36,293 nucleotides of DNA from Leucoraja ocellata. Its lineage: Eukaryota. The position numbers and the translations under genes are program-made. Where the stretch lies: NCBI GenBank assembly GCA_036785375.1, contig JAWMAR010000622.1, positions 806,001 through 842,293 on the forward strand. The letters are read 5' to 3'. The notes beneath the pieces are model-generated. The model worked only from the letters and a program-made list of their open reading frames with translations, ran no database searches and had not been told where the DNA came from. Shown here in pieces: positions 11,799 to 21,237 of this stretch (position 1 is its first letter; each line of letters begins with the position of its first letter).

Positions 11799-12138
11799 CT
11801 AAACAAAAGTCAGGTGAAAATAAGAGGGGAAATTCAACGCCATGTTCAGCTCAAGCGACTACAAACAGATTAATATTATCTCACCAACACAGTAAAATGT
11901 TAAGGGCTTAATCCCTATTTTCCAGTATCCAGTAACCACCAGCGAATGTTAGCGGCACAGTTTCTGCCTCACAGCACCAGAGACCCGGGTTAGATTCTGA
12001 CTACGGGGTACTGTCTGTACGGAGTTTGTACATTCTCCCCGTGACCTGTATGGGTTTTCTCCGGGTTCTCCGGTTTCGTCCCACATACCAGAAAACGTGC
12101 AGGCATCTTTGAATTCCCAAAACGTACAGGTTTAAAGG

Positions 12139-12324
12139 TTTAAGAAGGAACTGCAGATGCTGGAAAATCGAAGGTAGACAAAAATGCTAGAGACACTCAG
12201 CGGGTGCAGCAGCATCTATGGAGCGAAGGAAATAGACAACGTTTCGGGCCGAAACGTTGCCTATTTCCTTCGCTCCGTAGATGCTGCTGCACCCGCTGAG
12301 TTTCGCCAGCATTTTTGTGTACCT
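12139..12324. mobile_element. Penelope-derived fold-back element with 12-bp TSD, inserted in an HE1 SINE (~11950-12447)
   Basis: 76-bp inverted arms 12172-12247 and 12249-12324 (6 mismatches by eye). Flanked by CAGGTTTAAAGG at 12127-12138 and 12325-12336. Confidence 0.8.
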
Positions 12325-12851
12325 CAGGTTTAAAGGCTTCGTACCTCAGGTTTAATTGGCTTCGGTAAAATTGTAAAATTGTCCTTAGTGTTTGTTGGAT
12401 AGTGGCAATGTGTGGGTTCGCACGGTCGCCGGTCGGTAAGGACTCGGNNNNNNNNNNNNNNNNNNNNNNNNNNNNNNNNNNNNNNNNNNNNNNNNNNNNN
12501 NNNNNNNNNNNNNNNNNNNNNNNNNNNNNNNNNNNNNNNNNNNNNNNNNNNNNNNNNNNNNNNNNNNNNNNNNNNNNNNNNNNNNNNNNNNNNNNNNNNN
12601 NNNNNNNNNNNNNNNNNNNNNNNNNNNNNNNNNNNNNNNNNNNNNNNNNNNNNNNNNNNNNNNNNNNNNNNNNNNNNNNNNNNNNNNNNNNNNNNNNNNN
12701 TCAGCTCCTTTCCGCAGGAGGCAGTTCCATATTTTCACCGCTCTTTGGGCATGGACTATCTACATGTAGAGGGTATTAATTTATCTTGGCATCATGTACG
12801 GCAAGGAAAGTATGGGCCGAAGGGCCTGCTCCTATGCTTTATTATTCAGCA

Positions 12852-13500
12852 GACGCAGAAGGCTGGAGCAATTCAGCGGGACAGGCAGCATCTCTGGAGA
12901 GAAGGAATGGGCGACGTTTCGGATCTGAAGAAGGGTCTCGACCCGACACATCATCCATTCGCCCTTCTCTCAGGAAATGCTGCCCGTCCCGCTAAGTTAC
13001 TCCAGCATTAATGTGTCTATCGTCGAAGGACACAACGTGCTGGAGTAACTCAGTGGGTCAGGCATGTTCCCGGGAGAAAATGGATAGGTGACGTTTCGGG
13101 TCGGGTCTCAAGAGGGGCCTCGACCCGAACCATCACCTATCCACGTTCTCCAAGGATGCTGCTTGACCCGCGCTGAGTTACTCCAGCATTTTGGGCCATT
13201 TTGTGTGGCCACCAGCACCTCCTTGTCTTTGTTTCCACTGTAAAACGGAAACACAAATGACTGCAGATGCCGGATTTTTGAGCAAGAACACAACGTGCTA
13301 GAGGGACTCAGCGGGTCAGCCACCATCTGAGGAGGGACATTTCTCCATCAGTTTGTTTTTTGCTTCCTCAGACAAGAAGGGTCTCGACCCGAAACATCAC
13401 CCGCTCCTTCTCTCCAGAGACGCTGCCTGTCCCGCTAAGTTACTCCAGCACTTTTTTTTCTCTCTCTCTCTCTCTAAGGTGTAAGCATCTACAGTTCCTT
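12852..13500. repeat. Three consecutive Penelope-derived inverted-repeat units with degenerate hammerhead cores at their apices
   Basis: Alternating gctggagtaactcagcggg / cccgctgagttactccagc arms, with cores at ~12925, ~13106 and ~13368. Confidence 0.7.
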
Positions 13501-13605
13501 CCTACATTACATTTTTCAGTGTTCGATGTTATATGTGTAAAGAAAACCATGGTTTCTAAACGTCCGATAAAACAGCAATTTCCCAAACATGCGCAATAAT
13601 CGGGA

Positions 13606-14232
13606 AACAGAAACATAGAAAATAGGTGCAGGAGTAGGCCATTCGGCCCTTCGAGCCTGCACCGCCATTCAATATGATCATGGCTGATCATCCAACTCAG
13701 TATCCTGTACCTGCCTTCTCTCCATACCCCCTGATCCCTTGAGCCACAAGGGCCACATCTAACTCCCTCTTAAATATAGCCAACGAACTGGCCTCAACTA
13801 CCTTCTGTGGCAGAGAATTCCACAGATTCACCACTCTCTGTGTGAAAAATATTTTCCTCATCTCGGTCCTAAAAGATTTCCCCCTTATCCTTAAACTGTG
13901 ACCCATTGTTCTGGACTTCCCCAACATCGGGAACAATCTTCCTGCATCTAGCCTGTCCAACCCCTTAAGAATGTTGTAAGTTTCTATAATTCCCCCCCTC
14001 AATCTTGTAAATTCTAGCAAGTACAAGCCGAGTCAATCCAGTCTTTCTTCATATGAAAGTCCTGCCATCCCAGGAATCAGTCTGGTGAACCTTCTCTGCA
14101 CTCCCTCTAGGGCAAGAATGTCTTTCCTCAGATTAGGAGACCAAAACTGTACGCAATACTCCAGGTGTGGTCTCACCAAGACCCTGTACAACTGCAGTAG
14201 AACCTCCCTTCTCCTATACTCAAATCCTTTTG
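13606..14232 (-). mobile_element. CR1/HER LINE 3' fragment
   Basis: ORF 13697-14026 is the CR1 ORF2 C-terminus, with (gaaacata) tail repeats. Confidence 0.9.
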
Positions 14233-14527
14233 AAGTTTAAGGGAAGTTTAATTTCCCTCTCGTAGTCTTAAAAGGAGTGGTTCCCAAGACACACGGCCGA
14301 CTTAAATTAAAGTGCATTTCAAGTCTTTTAAAAATATAATTTATAAATATAAATATTAAAAAAATAAAATAAAAAAAAACATGAAGCTATACATAGAATG
14401 TAACACGCCAACATATATTTGACACCTGAAAAAAAGGCATCACTGTATTGTACTTACTCCTAATAAATAAGTAAATAAATAAGCAGACAAATAAATAAAT
14501 AAATAAACAGACAGAAAAAATAAATAA

Positions 14528-14885
14528 CCATATAACCATATAACAATTACAGCACGGAAACAGGCCATCACGGCCCTACAAGTCCGTGCCGAACAAATGT
14601 TTTTTCCCCTTAGTTCCACCTCCCTGCACTCATACCATAACCCTCCATTCCCTTCTCATCCATATGCCTATCCAATTTATTTTTAAATGATACCAATGAA
14701 CCTGCCTCCACCACTTCCACTGGAAGCTCATTCCACACCGCTACCACTCTCTGAGTAAAGAAGTTCCCCCTCATATTACCCCTAAACTTCTGTCCCTTAA
14801 TTCTGAAGTCATGTCCTCTTGTTTGAATCTTCCCTATTCTCAATCGTTTGAATCTTCCCTGTTCTCAAAGGGAATAGCTTGTCCA
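14528..14885 (-). mobile_element. CR1 3' fragment of a second subfamily (near-identical family to 34095-34830)
   Basis: TRGHDFRIKGQK.RGNMRGNFFTQRVVAVWNELPVEVVEAG is shared with 34516-34749, with (ataaccat) tail. Confidence 0.85.
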
Positions 14886-15675
14886 AATAAATAAATAAAT
14901 GAATAGACGAATGGATAGATAAATAGACAAATAAATAAATATATCATTTGGAGTGTAGGAAACTCACAGGCCGTTCATCCTTGCCGATTCTTCCTCAAAC
15001 TAGCACAAGTTGTTTTGTTGTAAATATTAGAAGTTATGACACCTCTCCGTACAAGGTTGCAAACGCGTGAAAGCTAGTGAGGAATAGTCCCCGGTCGGTA
15101 GCACGTATTTTACGGCAATTTACGGTTTCTAATACATGCAACGGGCAGCTGCGAAACTTAAAAACAAATAAATAAATAAAGTATAAAAAGAAGAAGAAAA
15201 AAAGAGGGGGGGGGGGGGTGGGGGGGAAACAAATATATATATAATTTGAATCAATTAATTTATTTAAGCAGAAACGTTAACAGGTCAATCACACTAGCGC
15301 GGAATCCTGCTGTAAATGCTGACGAATCTGCAATTTGATTTTGTTTTCAAATTATGTTTAGTTAAGTAGAGGGTTTCTCCATTACCTTGTGATACAGAAC
15401 GATGACATTTCGGCTAAGTGGGGTTGTCACACGTTCACGCTTTATTGGAGTAGAATTAGGCCATTCGGCCCATCGAGTCCACTCCGCCATTCAATCATGG
15501 CAGATCCCTCCCTCCTAATCCAATTTTCATGCCTTCTTTCCATAGCCATTGACACCCGTTGTAATCAATGTAGGAAATGACCTGCACCTTTAAGAGTTGG
15601 CCTCTCGATCGTGTTACACGTGGCCCAGGGAAGTCATGCAATTTAAGCCACTGTCTGCACTAGGGGCCCGATCTG

Positions 15676-15995
15676 GGCAGCACGGTGGCGCAGCGGTAGA
15701 GTTGTTGCCTCGCAGCGCCAGAGACCCAGGTTTGATCCTCACTACTGGTGCCCTCTGTAAGAGTTTCACGTTGTACCAGTGACCGCGTGGATTTTCACCG
15801 AAATTCTAGGTTTCTTCGCACGCTCCAAAGACGCGCATGTTTGAGGATTAATTGGCTAGAGTTTGTATACTTGGTGTAAACAAAAAATATTGTCCTTTGA
15901 GCGTGCAGGTTTGGGTTAATGTGCGGGGATCGCTGGTCAGTACGGACTCAGTGGGCCGAAGAGCCTGTTTCCTGTACCCCTAAACTAAACCGAAC
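15676..15995 (+). mobile_element. HE1-like V-SINE, full length
   Basis: ggcagcacggtggcgcagcggtagag head, B-box-like motif, and gggccgaagagcctgtttcc...taaactaaac tail. Confidence 0.85.
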
Positions 15996-16159
15996 AAAAC
16001 ATCTCGCACTTTGTTTTTCGGTAAATATTCGAGCATGAAGTTACAGTCATATAATCACACAGCGTGGAAAAGGCCCTAATTGACCACGCCGACCAACTTG
16101 CCCCATCTACATTAGTCCCACCTGCTTGCATTTGGCCCATGTCCCTCTGAACCTATCCT

Positions 16160-16925
16160 ATTATCTGAATGGTGGCCGATTAGGAAAAGGGGAGATGCAA
16201 CGAGACCTGGGTGTCATGGTACACCCGTCATTGAAAGTAGGCATGCAGGTGCAGCAGGCAGTGAAGAAAGTGAATGGTATGTTAGCATTCATAGCAAAAG
16301 GATTTGAGTATAAGAGCAGGGAGGTTCAACTGCAGTTGTACAGGGTCTTGGTGAGACCACACCTGGAGTATAGCGTACAGTTTTGGTCTCCTAATCTGAG
16401 GAAAGACATTCTTGCCATAGAGGAAGTACAGAGAAGGTTCACCAGACTGATTCCTGGGATGTCAGGACTTTCATATGAAGAAAGACTGGATAGACTCGGC
16501 TTGTACTCGCTAGAATTTAGAAGATTGAGGGGGGATCTTATAGAAACTTGCAAAATTCTTAAGGGGTTGGACAGGCTAGATGCAGGAAGATTGTTCCCGA
16601 TGTTGGGGAAGTCCAGAACAAGAGGTCACAGTTTAAGGATAAGGGGGAAATCTTTTAGGACCGAGATGGGAAAATCATTTTTTACACAGAGAGTGGTGAC
16701 TCTGTGGAATTCTCTGCCACAGAAGGTAGTCGAGGCCAGTTCGTTGGCTATATTTAAGAGGGAGTTGGATGTGGCCCTTGTGGCTAAAGGGATCAGTGGG
16801 TATGTAGAGAAGGCAGGTACGGGATACTGAGTTGGATGATCAGCCATGGTCATTTTGAATGGCGGTGCAGGCTCGAAGGGCCGAATGGCCTACTCCTGCA
16901 CCTATTGTCTATGTTTATATGTTTC
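16160..16925 (+). mobile_element. Young CR1/HER LINE 3' fragment nested in an older - strand CR1
   Basis: Open ORF2 C-terminus of >220 aa (QRDLGV...[12 protein letters not shown]...WNSLP) followed by the 3' tail. Confidence 0.9.
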
Positions 16926-17582
16926 TATCCATGTATCTATTTAAATGTTTTTTAAACATTGGAATTATACCTATCTCCCCCGGCAGTTCGTTCCATACAC
17001 CTACCACACTTTGTGTTAAAAGGTTGTCCCTCAGGTTCCTATTAAATATCTTCCCCCCCCCCCCTCCCCAACGTAAAGCTACATCTCACCTTCTCCCAAA
17101 ATTTAAAAAAAAAACTCCTTCCCTCCATCCGTCATGGTACCTACTCAGTATTACAAGGCACACGGGAGGCATGTTCTGCTGTCCAAACCCAATGCCAATT
17201 CAGGCTCACTGTCTCCGGCGTCAAGATGAGTTGATCTGGCGGGTCTCTCTCTTGATATTCGTGTCCAGTGGCCGACAGATATACAATATATAAATAATTT
17301 TCACGTCGGGGCATGACTGTGAATTGGAATTTAAATGGGCCGTCCTCCTTTCCCCACCCACATCGCACCTCCAATTAGAGACGGAACACATACAAATGTC
17401 TCTGTTAACCTTTTCCAGTGAAGCGGCAGTGTTACACAGCGGCAGAGACCCGGGTTCGATCCTGACCTCGGCTGCTGTCTGTGTGGAGTTTACCCGTTTT
17501 CCCTGTGATTGCGTGGGTTTTCTCTGGGTGCTCCGGTTTCCCGCACTCCAACATTCCAAAGACGACCGCGTTTGGAGATTTA

Positions 17583-17747
17583 TGCCCCTGTCCCACTTAG
17601 GAAAGCTGAACGGAAACCTCTGTAGACTTCGCGCTCCACCCAAGGTTTCCGTGCGGTTCCTGGAGGTTTTTGTCAGTCTCACTACCTGCTTCCACTACCT
17701 GCAACCCCCGGCAACCACCTGCAACCCCCGGGAACCGCACGGAACCT
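17583..17747. mobile_element. Truncated copy of the Harbinger-like MITE inserted in an HE1 SINE (~17425-17582)
   Basis: TTA|TGCCCCTGTCCCACTTAGGAAAGCTG...; most of the right TIR is missing. Confidence 0.75.
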
Positions 17748-18081
17748 ATTTTGGAAAAAGAAATGTAAAGGTGTCCGGGGTGTTGGAGTACGGGGTGAAC
17801 GCTGGGCGGCGCCGACTTGTGAGGGGGTGGGGGGAGGGCTGTCTCGATGCGAAACGACGCCCCTTCCTTCTCTCCAGAGATACCGCCGCTCCTACTCCAG
17901 CAATGTGTGTCCATCTTCCGGTCCCTACAGTCTGAAGCCTGCCCCCTCCCCCGCTTGATTCAACCAATCTCCTTCCCGCTGCTTTATCACACCCCCCCCC
18001 CCACTCCATGAATTCCTCAACGCAGTCCCGAATCGTGGCCGTTCACCTTCACAGATGCTGCTTGATCACGCTGAGTTCTGA

Positions 18082-18343
18082 GGACGGCACGGTGGCGCAG
18101 CGGTAGAGTTGCTGCCTCACAGCGCCAGAGACCAGGGTTCGATCCCTGACCACGGGTGCTGTCTGTATGGAGCTTGTACATTTTCCCGTGAGTTATCTCC
18201 GAGTTATACAGTTAACTCCCACATACAGGTTTGTATGTGGAAATTGCCCCAAGTATGTATAGGATAGTGTCAATATGCGGGGATCACTGGTCGGTTGGGC
18301 CGAAATGCCTGTTTCCGCGCTGTATATCTGACCTAAACTAAAC
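18082..18343 (+). mobile_element. HE1-like V-SINE
   Basis: ggcacggtggcgcagcggtagagttgctgcctcacagcgccagagaccagggttcgatcc head and SINE tail. Confidence 0.85.
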
Positions 18344-18676
18344 AGGGCAGTTTATATATTAGTGGCTTGTTTTGTTCGAAGCACATTGATGTTGGCGAAT
18401 ATCGTGACAGGTACTAACACCACTGGTTAAGCCGCTATTGAACGTAGATATACATATATATTTCTTATAAAGAATATTTTGTATATATTTATTTTTTTCT
18501 TTTCATAAATATAGTGGGGTTTTTACACGGCAGATCCTAGAAAACTTCAACTTTTTAAGGGTCTAGCCAGCTAATTTAATTAACACGTTTCATTTGTTAA
18601 ACGATGATTCTTTTGTAATATTGAACGTCTGAAACATGTAACAGTCTCGTTTTTAAGTTTCAGATTGCTGACATAC

Positions 18677-19014
18677 AAAAAAACAATGATTGATTTTTGC
18701 ATCTTATGTATTAAACAAGCTTTTCTGATCGCTAGAACAAAGTTATTTAAATTTAAGGGTGGTGCAGTGGTAGAGCCGCTACCTCAGGGCATCAGATAAC
18801 GGAGTTCGATTCTGACCTCGGGTACTGTCTCTGTGGAGTTTGCAAGTTAGTGGGTAGGTTTCCTCCGGGTGCTCCGGTTACACCATTGTAGGTTAATTGC
18901 CCCTCAGTAAATTGCCCCTACTGTGTACGGGGTGGGGTGGAAGTCGGATAACACAGAACTAGCATTTGAAGGCACTGGGCATGTACTTGCTCGAGTTTGG
19001 AAGGATGAGGGAGG
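18677..19014 (+). repeat. Left copy of 338-bp direct repeat flanking the L1 (putative giant TSD)
   Basis: Identical by eye to 25418-25755 (offset 6741). Confidence 0.9.
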
Positions 19015-19216
19015 AGTGAACCACTCCGGTGGCTGCTATGAAGCAGTGAAGGCAGCTGCACTGAGCTCTCCTCCAGACAAATCGTGTTTAAAGTCGACTC
19101 CCATGCCAGGAACGAGTTAAAAATTCTTATCAGGTTTGCTGAACGTCAAGGGTACTGACTCCATCAAACGATACTGGTGGTTTTGGGATTTAAAACGATC
19201 TTATCGAAAAAACTGG

Positions 19217-20314
19217 ATGAGAAAGAGAAGAGGTCAGAGAGGACCCAAGAAAACTACAATCAGTCTCCAGCTCCAAAAAGCTCTGGATGAGCTTGAAACT
19301 ACTCCTGAACTCTCATTTGAAAGTTTGGAAGAGGAGCTGGAACCTCAACAACCTACAAGCGATATGGCTGCGAGAAGTGATACAAAGGAGAAAGAAATGA
19401 AAAGCTGGGAAGAAACGGTAAGAGCTAATATTCTTAAAGAAATTAGTAAAGATCTTCAGCAGCAATTTGCCAAAATGAATTCTACAATTCAGAATAACTT
19501 CTCCACTATGGAGGGCAATCTTTCTATGAAAATTGATAAGAGCTGTGGCGAAGTAAAAGAGCTTTATGTAGCCCTGAAACAGCAGTTTAAAGATTTGGAG
19601 TCCAACACAGCGAAAGAGATGGAAAGTATGCGGAGAGAGTATAACAACAAACACGACATTCTGCTGAAGCAATTAACAGACACGGAAAGATTGATGGAAG
19701 AAATGGAGGGTGAGATGGAACAGATGAGCCAAGAGATAACAGGTCTGAAAAAACAACACGATACGAATTGGCAATTAACGAATAAATTGAATGAGAAATG
19801 TCAAGATTTAGAGGCCAGGTCTAGGAGACAAAATCTGAGACTTGTAGGAATTAAAGAGGGTGCGGAACACAGCCTTCAAATGCGTGATTTCATTACTAAT
19901 CTACTTAAAGATGTTTTCAAACTTCCTGAAAAACCAAAGATAGATCTGGCTCATCGAGTGGGTCGCCTCCAAAAACACGATAATGCTAAACCAAGGCAAA
20001 TTATTGTAAAGTTTCTAGATATTTCAACTGTGGAAACTCTATTAAAGAAGATAAAATATGGAGAAAATCTTACATTCGCTGATAATATCGTAAGATTCTA
20101 CAGGGATTACCCTCGGGAAATTCTGGAAAAAAGACGCGAGTTTAAAACTGCAAGCAGTGTTTTATATGGACATTCTGAAGTTCGTTATGGCGTGATCTAT
20201 CCAGCAAAAATGCTAATTACTTTTAAGGGCAAGCAACGCTCATTCACCGACCCGGACGCTGCCTGCAAATACGCCAAGGAGATATTAAACAAAATTCAAT
20301 CAGGATCAGATTAA
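19217..20314 (+). CDS. L1 ORF1p (coiled coil + RRM + CTD), 365 aa from first ATG
   Basis: Long heptad coiled coil, then DLEARSRRQNLRLVGIKEG, IDLAHRVG, KPRQIIVKF, FYRDYP, and YGVIYPAKMLITFKG, all characteristic L1 ORF1 motifs. Confidence 0.93.
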   Translation: MRKRRGQRGPKKTTISLQLQKALDELETTPELSFESLEEELEPQQPTSDMAARSDTKEKEMKSWEETVRANILKEISKDLQQQFAKMNSTIQNNFSTMEGNLSMKIDKSCGEVKELYVALKQQFKDLESNTAKEMESMRREYNNKHDILLKQLTDTERLMEEMEGEMEQMSQEITGLKKQHDTNWQLTNKLNEKCQDLEARSRRQNLRLVGIKEGAEHSLQMRDFITNLLKDVFKLPEKPKIDLAHRVGRLQKHDNAKPRQIIVKFLDISTVETLLKKIKYGENLTFADNIVRFYRDYPREILEKRREFKTASSVLYGHSEVRYGVIYPAKMLITFKGKQRSFTDPDAACKYAKEILNKIQSGSD

Positions 20315-21237
20315 TTGACAATTTGTCAAGAAACCGTTTTTTCTGTTCAAATTAAACCACTCGAAACCTTCAGACAACTACCAGACAGTCTTATCTGCAA
20401 AGAATGTGCTATTTAATAACACGGCCGAACTAATCTTCTGAACTGAAAGCACATAGGAACTTTCAAGGCTGCAAGCACATCATCTCTGAAGCACGGAAAA
20501 CTATGAGACTGTTGCTTTTTGAAATGGCCATGATAAGAGGCTTCTGTTTCACACTATATGACCTATTACTTACATATATAACTAACTAACTAATTAACCA
20601 ATTACGCACAATATACTCAACCAACGTTAAAGGCGTAATGTCCTATACTAACACAATTAACTATATAGCAAGAAGGGTGGGGGAGGTTAGACATATATTT
20701 TAATTACTAAATACTAATAATGAATTAACTAACATACAGGTAAATGAAAAGTGTAATTTTTGATGAGGTATTTTAACCCATCATTATTTTTATTTTAAGC
20801 CAAATCTTCTAACTTACCTTTTATTTTATTCTATTTTAAACTGCTCAGCGATGACCTGATATGATAAGTTTGGTAACAATTAGAGGGAACCGACTAACGT
20901 TGGGTCAAATTCTAACAGGGGGATAGGGCCCAGTGCATAATTTCATCGACGGAGGTCAATTTTAAATCAAACCTAGCTACCTTAGGTGGCTTTTTTGTAA
21001 TTTATCGCTTTTTTGATAAATTACATTCACTTTTTTTGTTTATTCACAATTATGTGTTGCAGGATTTAAGCATTTTTATGTACACTTTATTTTATGTTTT
21101 TCTCTTCCCCTCAATTATGTTTAATAATGTCAGGAGATGTAGAACTACTGTAGAAATTATGAAGGACAACTCTGGATTCGGGACTCTGAGGTACTTGGCT
21201 GCATCACATGAAGCATACAGTCTGGTAATAATAGCCA

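Noticed and set aside
11666-11911. + strand hydrophobic 81-aa ORF
   Set aside because: It is the antisense shadow of the Thr-rich - strand exon; the splice signals are on the - strand.
11885-15415. Leader-exon candidates for the ITIM gene (- strand donors near 11884, 14968 and 15387)
   Set aside because: None gives an ATG-initiated hydrophobic signal peptide in phase 1, so left unassigned.
15676-15750. tRNA genes
   Set aside because: The tRNA-like A/B boxes are SINE heads followed by SINE body and LINE-derived tail, with no complete cloverleaf.
19136-19216. ORF1 N-terminal extension in the ORF track
   Set aside because: It starts at TTG; the first ATG is at 19217.
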